Assembly (NCBI GenBank): GCA_937873535.1
Contig: CALMYA010000004.1
Coordinates: forward strand, 1-37,393
Direction: 5' to 3'
Source of the DNA: an uncultured bacterium
GTDB taxonomy: Bacteria; Patescibacteriota; Minisyncoccia; Phycocordibacterales; CAIZLB01
Length of the DNA: 37,393 bases
Made by a program: the position numbers and the translations under genes. Every line of letters begins with the position of its first letter. Position 1 is the stretch's first letter. This document shows positions 9,492 to 16,798 of the stretch, piece by piece. The notes under the pieces are model-generated. The model made no database searches and was not told where the DNA came from. It worked only from the letters and a program-made list of their open reading frames with translations.

Positions 9492-9516
9492 TTATCCACA
9501 TATGTTTTGTGGAATA
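9492..9516. promoter_or_regulatory. Inverted pair TTATCCACA-N7-TGTGGAATA. The left half is a perfect DnaA-box consensus. The pair could be an operator or a DnaA site.
   Basis: TTATCCACA at 9492-9500. TGTGGAATA at 9508-9516 has the reverse complement TATTCCACA. The site lies in the gap between tRNA-Thr(CGU) and the small ORF. Confidence 0.3.
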
Positions 9517-9534
9517 TTTTTAAGATTGAGATTG

Positions 9535-9605
9535 AGCCGAAGGCGGGAATCGAACCCACGTCCCTACTTTACGAAAGTAGTGTTCTGCCACTGAACTATA
9601 TCGGC
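9535..9605 (-). tRNA. tRNA-Thr (anticodon CGU), no encoded CCA
   Basis: The reverse complement folds as GCCGATA-TA-GTTC-AGTGGCA-GAAC-A-CTACT-TTCGTAA-AGTAG-GGAC-GTGGG-TTCGATT-CCCGC-CTTCGGC-T. The two innermost acceptor pairs are mismatched (T6/T67 and A7/C66). Confidence 0.75.
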
Positions 9606-9700
9606 TTAACAATTAAACAATACTAGTATACACATATTCCTTTAGGAAAAAATATACCCGCGAAGAAATAACTAAAGTGCCTAAAATGTCTGAAAAATTG

Positions 9701-9996
9701 AGCCAATGGCCGGGATTGAACCGGCGACCTCGTCCTTCGCTTACACCCCTTCTTTATATATACAAGGGGGCTAGACTGTATCTTAACCCGGTCAGACTTT
9801 CTGAAAGCGGATTCTCTTGTCAGTCGTTCGGGCGAATGTGCGACCATTTCGGTACACAACAATCGCCACGGTCTTGGCCTTCGTAACAATGATGGCTATT
9901 AACCGTTATTCGAGATTCAACAATGCGTTACCGCATAATTGGGCAGACTCTGTGCGAGTCACCATGGACGTGCTCTACCAACTGAGCTACATTGGC
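9701..9996 (-). tRNA. tRNA-Thr (anticodon GGU) interrupted by an intron. 5' exon 9961-9996, 3' exon 9701-9737.
   Basis: The joined exons give a canonical 73-nt cloverleaf: GCCAATG-TA-GCTC-AGTTGGTA-GAGC-A-CGTCC-ATGGTAA-GGACG-AGGTC-GCCGG-TTCAATC-CCGGC-CATTGGC-T. All stems are perfect and U33 and A37 are present. Confidence 0.85.
9738..9960 (-). ncRNA. Group I (self-splicing type) intron, 223 nt, with no ORF, inserted between tRNA positions 36 and 37
   Basis: - The 5' exon ends in U.
- That U can form a U.G pair in a P1 helix: GGU|GACUC-GCACA-GAGUC(U)GCC.
- The intron ends in G.
- A J8/7-like AAGAUACAGUC is present.
- P7 candidate: GACUG/CAGUC.
- GNRA-capped hairpin AUGCG-GUAA-CGCAU.
- P4 candidate: ACGGU/ACCGU.
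- P6 candidate: GGCGA/UCGCC.
- 3' hairpin CCCCUU...AAGGGG.
All folds were made by hand. Confidence 0.8.
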
Positions 9997-10018
9997 TTTT
10001 AAAGGGACAGTGGCCATA

Positions 10019-10621
10019 CTAGTCTATTTTCTTAATCTTTTCAATATGCTCATCCAACATTTTCTTTAACTTTGTGTTGTTAAAGTAAACAGTAAGAACT
10101 CCATATTTATTTTTGAGTTTGTAAGTACCCTTCCTTAAGCTCTCTGAAACTACAATTGAAGGGTGAACTTGTTCTGGTTTGATATGTAGAGCTCTAACCC
10201 AATAATCTTTTACAATTTTCTTGTCTAAATCCTGAAATATCTGTATACCGAACCTTAATTTTGATTTTTTAATCTTAAATATTCGATCTAAAAATAAAAT
10301 GAAGATTCTTATAAGTTGTGGGTCAGTATTTCCCAGCCTTACCGCATTTTTACTTTTCTTATATCCTTCTCCCCAAAACAACCCTAGCCCTAGTCCATAT
10401 ATGAATTCCTCCCCCATACCAATGTTGCCTGGGTCCTTAAAAGGATCTCCCTTCGGATTCCTTTTTACGTAAATAGCTTCTGCAATGGACCTTTTTGAAA
10501 TGCCATGCTTTGCAATCCAATAATTTACACCATTTTCAGAACACTTAAAGATTGCTGCAATCTCACTTACTGATTTCTTTTCAATTGTATATAAACGTGA
10601 GAGGACCTTCTTCATTATCAT
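10019..10621 (-). CDS. Single-motif LAGLIDADG homing endonuclease-like protein with an N-terminal helix-turn-helix. It is free-standing and ends 22 nt upstream of the intron-containing tRNA-Thr.
   Basis: YGLGLGLFWGEGYKKSKNAVRLGNTDPQLIRIFILFLDRIF matches the LAGLIDADG motif and the segment that normally follows it. The N-terminal SVSEIAAIFKCSENGVNYWIAKHGI looks like an HTH. The assignment is by eye. Confidence 0.7.
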   Translation of the reverse strand: MIMKKVLSRLYTIEKKSVSEIAAIFKCSENGVNYWIAKHGISKRSIAEAIYVKRNPKGDPFKDPGNIGMGEEFIYGLGLGLFWGEGYKKSKNAVRLGNTDPQLIRIFILFLDRIFKIKKSKLRFGIQIFQDLDKKIVKDYWVRALHIKPEQVHPSIVVSESLRKGTYKLKNKYGVLTVYFNNTKLKKMLDEHIEKIKKID

Positions 10622-10686
10622 GGTAGATATAGTACTCTAAAAGATACTTGTCTACCATATATTATTTATTGTCTAACTATGTTCAA

Positions 10687-11397
10687 TTAATCTCTCTTAT
10701 ACTCTTCGTCGTATTTGTGAACAGTCATTTCAGGTTCTGTTCCTTTAAAATTTCCTTCCAATACATCTGCGTCGTCGGTGAATAAAATGTCGAGCCAATG
10801 ATGAATAATGCGCGAACTAGCGGGTAAAAGGTTAAAAAGAATGGCAATGGTATATAGAGACATTGAAATGGTGGTATTCCAATAACTAACGATAATAGCC
10901 ACTGCGGCAGAAAATACCGGAAACAATATTCGAATGTAGCCGCTGCGCCTATCGGCTTTGGTTATAAGCGATGTTTCTATTTTTGGATTCACTTCAACAT
11001 GCCTTCTCATATAAAAGATAACGAGACCGATGAAAATAACGAGCGTGCCGTACACAGCAATGGCTACTCGCGAGTTCGGATACTCTCCTAAAAAGCGCGC
11101 CGCGAAAGGCACTAATGTGATAAGCAGAAAGAACAGTGCATTTATATTTGCCAATTCTACCGTTATGTTTTTTGCGTATATTGATGCAATAAAATGATGC
11201 GCCCGCCAGTACGTAAACAGCAAAGCGAAACTTATTACCATGCTCATAAATATTGGCCACAAGTTCCAAACCCCCGCCCACAACTGTGCTTCGCTCGCCG
11301 CGCCGCCAAAATTAGGAATCTTCATGTCGAATGCGAGGAATGTCATAACAATCGCAAATATACCGTCTGCCAACCCGTCGAGTCTGTGCTGTTTCAT
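10687..11397 (-). CDS. TMEM175/DUF1211-family membrane protein (putative K+ channel)
   Basis: The N-terminal RLDGLADGIFAIVMTFLAFDM resembles the RxxxFSDGVFAI signature. The protein has six predicted TM segments. Confidence 0.75.
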   Translation of the reverse strand: MKQHRLDGLADGIFAIVMTFLAFDMKIPNFGGAASEAQLWAGVWNLWPIFMSMVISFALLFTYWRAHHFIASIYAKNITVELANINALFFLLITLVPFAARFLGEYPNSRVAIAVYGTLVIFIGLVIFYMRRHVEVNPKIETSLITKADRRSGYIRILFPVFSAAVAIIVSYWNTTISMSLYTIAILFNLLPASSRIIHHWLDILFTDDADVLEGNFKGTEPEMTVHKYDEEYKRD

Positions 11398-11456
11398 TAA
11401 AAGTATTTTAGCATATTTAAATGTTTGTCTTTGAATTTTTCAATTTTAAAAATTTT

Positions 11457-11497
11457 ACAAAAAGAAACCCCTGACCGTGCACATGGCAAGATCAGGG
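11457..11497 (-). terminator. Intrinsic terminator candidate for a minus-strand transcript
   Basis: Stem CCCTGA/TCAGGG (11469-11474 / 11492-11497) with an inner CCGT-GCAC-ATGG hairpin. On the minus strand it is followed by GTTTCTTTTTGTAAAATTTTT. Confidence 0.55.
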
Positions 11498-11521
11498 ATG
11501 TTCGATATGGTCAGAGATGAC

Positions 11522-11728
11522 CTAGCGCGAATAGCGCCGTACAGGCCTGTCGCTGAGATTGGCCCCATCAGTGTCTCCGTGGTCTGCGAAGTCAGATATT
11601 GGACGTCTCTCGTACCAAGGAAGCGCCAAGGCTTCATTGTCAGCAATCGTTCTGGCGAACGAGACGGAAGGAACCTGAATGATCGGGGCTACTTGTTGAC
11701 TTGAAGAAGGTGGCAGTTGCTGAATCAT
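11522..11728 (-). CDS. Doubtful 68-aa ORF inside the 613-bp gap
   Basis: ORF track only. It ends 25 nt before the terminator candidate. I recognise no family and the region could equally be non-coding RNA. Confidence 0.25.
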   Translation of the reverse strand: MIQQLPPSSSQQVAPIIQVPSVSFARTIADNEALALPWYERRPISDFADHGDTDGANLSDRPVRRYSR

Positions 11729-11832
11729 GATTTTGTCAGTTGGTCTGGTTGTCTGGATGCTTTCTGCTCTTCATCAAGCCGAATGCGTGAACCGGTTAAG
11801 GTTCCGCACTTGTTTGGGGCTGTTGTAAAGAA

Positions 11833-11894
11833 CAAAAAATTCTCAAGATTGCCGGTTAGGCAGATGCGGCACAACGGGTGCGCATCATCTTGGG
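11833..11894 (-). terminator. Second minus-strand terminator candidate inside the gap
   Basis: On the minus strand, CCCAAGAT ... ATCTTGAG encloses the AGATG..CATCT hairpin and is followed by AATTTTTTGTTC. Confidence 0.4.
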
Positions 11895-12009
11895 AGTTGG
11901 GCAACTATAACACACCACTTATTATCATGCAAGCGTCTGCCGGGCCTGCACTTACCCTGGTACACAAAATACCTAGCTTTATAGCCATTTTTATGGTACT
12001 CTGCGGGCA

Positions 12010-12801
12010 ATGAGAATCAATAAATACTTGGCAGACCAGCAATACGCCTCACGCCGCGGGGCCGACGAGCTTATAAAGCAGGGTCGGGTCTTTATAAATG
12101 GCAAACTTGCTCGCCTTGGCGACACTGTTGAGCCTTCCGATAAAATAGAGGTTAAAGACCTCAGCAAGGCGGCAAAAAGAGTTAAAGCTGGTGTTTCTTC
12201 GAACGTAATTGAAAGTTCAGAAATTGCTTACTTCGCATATAACAAGCCAGTAGGTGTAGTCACCCATTCCCCTCAAGAAGATGAAAAAGACATTAGGCAA
12301 ATGGTTATGGCATCAATAAAGAGTAATCCGCTTACAAAAAACATTCGCGCTGAAAAGCTCTTTCCTCTTGGCCGCCTCGACAAAGATTCGCATGGCCTCA
12401 TTATTTTAACGAACGATGGACGCATTACAGGAAAGCTTCTCGACCCAGAAGAGCACCACGAAAAAGAATACGCGGTAGAAGCAAAGAGCCGCCTTCCTAT
12501 CGACTTCGAAGCGCGCATGGAGCGCGGCGTGACCATTGAAGACGGCAACGGCAAGCGCTTCAAAACAAAACCTTGCGCAGTGCGTATAATTTCAGATAAA
12601 AGATTCACCATTATATTAACCGAGGGTAAAAAACGTCAGATACGTCGCATGTGCGAATCGCTTGGAGTAGAAATTAAAGACCTGAAACGAACACGCATTA
12701 TGGATATTGAAATTGGAAAGCTTAGCGACAACGCCTTGAGGCAAATTAAAGGAGAAGAGCTTGAACACTTTCTGGAAGAACTTGGTGTGAGAAAACTTTA
12801 A
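12010..12801 (+). CDS. rRNA pseudouridine synthase, RsuA/RluB/RluF family (S4 domain plus catalytic domain)
   Basis: The S4-like N-terminus is MRINKYLADQQYASRRGADELIKQGRVFINGK. The catalytic Asp motif is GRLDKDSHGLIILTNDG. This is the only plus-strand gene in the window. Confidence 0.85.
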   Translation: MRINKYLADQQYASRRGADELIKQGRVFINGKLARLGDTVEPSDKIEVKDLSKAAKRVKAGVSSNVIESSEIAYFAYNKPVGVVTHSPQEDEKDIRQMVMASIKSNPLTKNIRAEKLFPLGRLDKDSHGLIILTNDGRITGKLLDPEEHHEKEYAVEAKSRLPIDFEARMERGVTIEDGNGKRFKTKPCAVRIISDKRFTIILTEGKKRQIRRMCESLGVEIKDLKRTRIMDIEIGKLSDNALRQIKGEELEHFLEELGVRKL

Positions 12802-12834
12802 AGTACTTTCGCGACTAGACGATTGCTGTGTCGC

Positions 12835-13605
12835 TTACTCTTTCAACCGTTCCATATATACTGAAATTGTGCGCCGTTTATATGGCTTGCCATCGCGAAA
12901 ATGCTTATACGACTTGATGGCTTTGTGTATTTTAAAATAAGGGCGGAACATTTCGTATATTTCGTCTTCGGTATATACATGTTCAAATTCACCTATACGA
13001 GGATGAATATATGAATTTTTTTCACCTGCTTCATGGCCAGATACTCCGGTTTGCGGGTCTTTGAAATCTAGGCCAGGGTCTGGGTGCTCCAAAATAAGTT
13101 TCTTGGCATGAAAATCACCGTCTAAAATAAATGTCTTGAAGAAAAGCCACCCGTACGGCTTTATAACACGTACTATTTCCTGCAAAAGTTTTTGCCGATC
13201 TTTAGCGCGAAGAATGTGAGATACCATCATGTCGAGAACGACATCAACCGATTGATCAACCAAAGGTATAGGCTCTGCCGCAGACTGCGTCTTGAATGAA
13301 GTCATATCTGAAACCTTTTTTCCTTCTTTTGAAAAAACCTTTTCAGCTGCAACTGCCGCCTGCTCAACAGCAATACCTGACATGTCGAAACCGAAGCCTT
13401 TCATTTCATGTTGTTTGCAAAGGTATATAAGGTTGCGACCATTGCCGCAACCAATGTCTAGAGCCATCGCCCCTTTAGGAAATGGGTGCCATTCGGCATT
13501 GCGAATAGCCCATCGCTCGAATGTCTGAAGGTCAGAGGCCGGCTCCTCAGAGAGCGTTAGGTGTTTCGCATGTGCGTATTCTTTGTTCCAAAACGCTTTG
13601 CTCAT
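12835..13605 (-). CDS. Class I SAM-dependent methyltransferase
   Basis: Motif I ALDIGCGNGRN, with a length and layout typical of small-molecule or RNA methyltransferases. Confidence 0.75.
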   Translation of the reverse strand: MSKAFWNKEYAHAKHLTLSEEPASDLQTFERWAIRNAEWHPFPKGAMALDIGCGNGRNLIYLCKQHEMKGFGFDMSGIAVEQAAVAAEKVFSKEGKKVSDMTSFKTQSAAEPIPLVDQSVDVVLDMMVSHILRAKDRQKLLQEIVRVIKPYGWLFFKTFILDGDFHAKKLILEHPDPGLDFKDPQTGVSGHEAGEKNSYIHPRIGEFEHVYTEDEIYEMFRPYFKIHKAIKSYKHFRDGKPYKRRTISVYMERLKE

Positions 13606-13620
13606 AATACGGGAAGAGTA

Positions 13621-14133
13621 CTATGCCTTATGCCTAAAAGCTACTACGCCAAGTGCCGCCTGCCTGGTAAGAAGGTACGCAGAAATAATAAAGATAGCAC
13701 CAAAACCGAGCCAGTATGCCTGCTGCATTTCAAAAGGAACCGTTCCATCGCTGAAATTAGTGATTATCCAAAATGTATTTAGTGTAAAAAAGGCAAACGT
13801 TGCTTCAACGAAGCCAATGAGAATATGCATCACAAGACCAATGACCCCCTTCCCTTTCATAATATATGCGCCAGTAGCATTCAGTTCTGTCGCAATCTTT
13901 TTTTTATGTTCTAAATATACGAAATATGCCGCTACAAAAGATATAACAAGAAGTGCTACCCGAAACATAATATCGAAACCTAGCACCATAGATGCAGAAG
14001 TTCCGAACAAAAGGGCGGAGCCTGAAAGTGCATACCAGATCATACCGAAGGTGTTTATAAAAATAACAGTAAGAATTGGCCAGAGTGCCAGCCGAAATTT
14101 CTGGTCGGCGCCGAGCGTACGTGAAGTATTCAT
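13621..14133 (-). CDS. Hypothetical integral membrane protein (170 aa)
   Basis: It has four to five hydrophobic segments and points the same way as its neighbours. The overlapping plus-strand ORF 13583-14140 looks like noise. Confidence 0.6.
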   Translation of the reverse strand: MNTSRTLGADQKFRLALWPILTVIFINTFGMIWYALSGSALLFGTSASMVLGFDIMFRVALLVISFVAAYFVYLEHKKKIATELNATGAYIMKGKGVIGLVMHILIGFVEATFAFFTLNTFWIITNFSDGTVPFEMQQAYWLGFGAIFIISAYLLTRQAALGVVAFRHKA

Positions 14134-14151
14134 ACTATAAAGTATAGCACG

Positions 14152-14712
14152 CTATTTACCCGATAAGACATCCTCCAGCAATTTTCCGTTTACGTAAAAT
14201 TTTACGTTTTCCATATTATCGAACTGCTTCGCTGTTTCCTCTAGTTGAGCAATAATGCGCGGGTCGTCGCATACGCCGCCCGCCGAAAATGAACCCGAAA
14301 GCTGCACTTCGGTTACATCACCTTTCACTGCAATACTTTTAAATTTCAAATTTGATGCGTGCAGCGAATTACGCAATTCACCGTAACTTGATGTGGCAGT
14401 TTCATTTTTATCTGAAAGAAGAATACCAAGAGCCGCCATAAGTGGTGTAGTAGTAGCCAAAATTTCCTTATTAACACCAACGACGCTGTCGCCGCAACCA
14501 ATCTGTTTACCTTTATTCCCATTATCATTGACAAGAATATAAAATACCTTCACGATATTTTTTTCGTTCAGGGCGTGAAGAGCTGTGTTTTTATCGAAAG
14601 GTACATCTTCATAAGGAACGACATCAACAGTAAAATAAATCCAGACGATGCAGATCGAAAAGATGACCATGCCGATGAATACTACATATGTGGAAATACT
14701 GACGTTTTTCAT
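14152..14712 (-). CDS. Membrane-anchored GerMN-like domain protein
   Basis: An N-terminal TM anchor is followed by VKVFYILVNDNG...GCGDSVVGV...ALGILLS...VKFYVNGKLLEDVL, which resembles GerMN domains (from memory). Confidence 0.55.
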   Translation of the reverse strand: MKNVSISTYVVFIGMVIFSICIVWIYFTVDVVPYEDVPFDKNTALHALNEKNIVKVFYILVNDNGNKGKQIGCGDSVVGVNKEILATTTPLMAALGILLSDKNETATSSYGELRNSLHASNLKFKSIAVKGDVTEVQLSGSFSAGGVCDDPRIIAQLEETAKQFDNMENVKFYVNGKLLEDVLSGK

Positions 14713-14749
14713 TATTTTAATTATACCTCACGCGATACTTACTCATACC

Positions 14750-16066
14750 TTAAACGACCATGGCGTACACTGCACCAATGGCCGCCGCGGCCATAAGCAC
14801 AAAAGTAAGCCAGCCTATGGCTGCGGCGGCCTTTCCATTCTTGTACCGCCCCATAACATCTTGCCTGCCGCTTATTTGCACAATGAAAAGTATAATAACG
14901 GGCGAAATAATGCCGTTGGCCACTGCCGAATAAATGAGCGCCTGTATCGGGTCGAGACCAATAAAATTCAGACCTATACCCACAATAACCGAAACAACAA
15001 GTACTCCGTAAAATGCATACGCTTCCTTTAATTTTCTATAAAGACCAAATTTCCATCCCATACTTTCAGAAACTGCATACGCCGATGAACCCGCCAAAAC
15101 TGGCACTGCGAGCAAGCCCGTGCCGATGATTCCAATGGCGAATAACGCATACGAAAAATCTCCGGCAAAAGGCCGAAGGGCCATGGCAGCATCTGCAGCT
15201 GTAGCAATATTTGTAATACCTTGGCTAAACAGCGTTGCGGCACAGGCCGCTATAATAAAGAACATAACTGCGTTTGAAATAAACATACCCGACCAAACGT
15301 CTATACGCATGTCTTTTATTCTTTTCTTTTTGTCTGCCTGCTCTTCTTCTGTGCTTAGTGCTTGGCCCGCAGCACCTGCAAGAATGCTGCCTGTGCCGTT
15401 ATGCATGATATCCTCTTCAACTTCCTGCGATGTCTGCCAAAAGAAAAGATACGGCGAAATGGTTGTACCGAGCACCGCGCATAATATTAGAAAATATTCC
15501 TTTGAAAAAGAAAACGCTGGTACGACAAGATGCTGCAATACTTCAGACCAGTCTATGTTCACGAACAATGCAGAAGCGACGTATGAAAAAAGTACAAGAG
15601 CCAAATATTTAAGATAACGCGCGTATTTCGCATAACTCATAAAAATTTGAAGGAGCAACCCGCCGATGCCGAAGATAACAACAAGCCAGCCAAAAGACGC
15701 AGTCGGTGCCAGAAGCTGTACGCCTTTCGCCATAGCTCCGAAGTCGGCACCTATATTGAAAACATTTGCTGCAACCAAAAGAAAAGTACAAAAATACAAC
15801 GCTTTTTTCGGATAATGCTGACGAATATTAGCCGCCAAACCCTGCCCCGTAACCAAACCGATGCGAGCGCACATTTCTTGCACTACAGCCATAAGAGGAA
15901 ATGTAAGAAGTGCCAGCCATATAAATTTGAAACCGAACTGCGCACCAGTTTGAGAATATGTGGTAATACCCGATGGGTCGTCATCGGCAGCGCCAGTTGT
16001 TAGACCGGGGCCTAGCTTATGCCAATACTCCTCAACATCTTCTTCGGCTTTTTTTATGTAACCCAT
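14750..16066 (-). CDS. NRAMP-family divalent metal transporter
   Basis: 438 aa with about 11 TM segments. The N-terminal GPGLTTGAADDDPSGITTYSQTGAQFGF is NRAMP-like. Confidence 0.8.
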   Translation of the reverse strand: MGYIKKAEEDVEEYWHKLGPGLTTGAADDDPSGITTYSQTGAQFGFKFIWLALLTFPLMAVVQEMCARIGLVTGQGLAANIRQHYPKKALYFCTFLLVAANVFNIGADFGAMAKGVQLLAPTASFGWLVVIFGIGGLLLQIFMSYAKYARYLKYLALVLFSYVASALFVNIDWSEVLQHLVVPAFSFSKEYFLILCAVLGTTISPYLFFWQTSQEVEEDIMHNGTGSILAGAAGQALSTEEEQADKKKRIKDMRIDVWSGMFISNAVMFFIIAACAATLFSQGITNIATAADAAMALRPFAGDFSYALFAIGIIGTGLLAVPVLAGSSAYAVSESMGWKFGLYRKLKEAYAFYGVLVVSVIVGIGLNFIGLDPIQALIYSAVANGIISPVIILFIVQISGRQDVMGRYKNGKAAAAIGWLTFVLMAAAAIGAVYAMVV

Positions 16067-16111
16067 GTGTATAGTATATCGCGAAATTGCCTTATATAGT
16101 TCAAAAAGCAG

Positions 16112-16789
16112 CTATCGAGTATAGTCATCCCAAACAACCAATCTCCATCTTTTTTCAGGCGGGTAACATTTTCTACCTATCCAGCCGTCGCCAAGCCAAC
16201 CGCTGTTATACTCGCACACTGTAATTGAAGCGTTATTGGAACTGTTTATAAAACTAAGCAAGTTATATTTCTTAGCATCCAAATCGTCTTGATGCAAAAT
16301 ATACGCTGCTACCATTTTAAGAAAAATGCTGTGGGTTACGATAAGTAATTTACTTTCTGTTCTACTACTCAAATAAGCAAGCAGGCGTCTGGCACGCTCT
16401 TTTAGGTCGCTAAAGTTTTCTTCATCAGAATATCTATAATCATCGTCATGGTAACTGTTGTCTATTAAATTTATGATGTGAGCAATTTGCGGGTCATTAG
16501 CATTTTTATTTACTATTTCAGTAGGATTGTGCCGCTCTACAAGAAGCTCAACGTATTCTGCTGGTTTTTTTATTTTTACGTATTCTGCAATAATTTCCGC
16601 CGTTTCTTTAGTTCGTGCGTACGGGCTTACGAGCATAACGTCAAACTGAGAATGTGCCAGCCTCTTCCCTGTTGCTGCAGCTTGTTCTTTACCTTTTTCG
16701 CTCAAGCTTCCTTCTGAACCCTGCCGAATATGCGCTGCGTTAAGCAAACTTTCGCCGTGACGGACCATATAAAAAAGTTTTCGTGCCAT
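16112..16789 (-). CDS. Histidine phosphatase (phosphoglycerate mutase-like) family protein
   Basis: An RHGES motif lies near the N-terminus and a second catalytic His lies in LIVTHS. Confidence 0.8.
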   Translation of the reverse strand: MARKLFYMVRHGESLLNAAHIRQGSEGSLSEKGKEQAAATGKRLAHSQFDVMLVSPYARTKETAEIIAEYVKIKKPAEYVELLVERHNPTEIVNKNANDPQIAHIINLIDNSYHDDDYRYSDEENFSDLKERARRLLAYLSSRTESKLLIVTHSIFLKMVAAYILHQDDLDAKKYNLLSFINSSNNASITVCEYNSGWLGDGWIGRKCYPPEKRWRLVVWDDYTR

Positions 16790-16798
16790 AACGTTATT

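Noticed and set aside
9401-9534. A replication origin (oriC) suggested by the perfect DnaA box, a second imperfect box and nearby AT-rich sequence
   Set aside because: Only two boxes are present, there is no dnaA or dnaN nearby, and gene orientation does not switch. Minus-strand genes continue on both sides.
9623-10002. ORF-track ORFs 9623-9889 (-), 9677-9886 (+) and 9817-10002 (+)
   Set aside because: They overlap the tRNA-Thr(GGU) exons and the group I intron. Their translations are low-quality and Arg/Pro/Ser-rich. The RNA interpretation explains the region completely.
11398-12009. RNase P RNA, tmRNA or SRP RNA located in the large gap
   Set aside because: None of their conserved core strings could be found by eye on either strand. 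This was a visual check only, and a covariance-model search is still needed.
13583-14140. The plus-strand 185-aa ORF overlapping the minus-strand 170-aa membrane protein
   Set aside because: Its translation looks non-protein-like. The minus-strand ORF has clean TM helices and fits the same-strand operon context.
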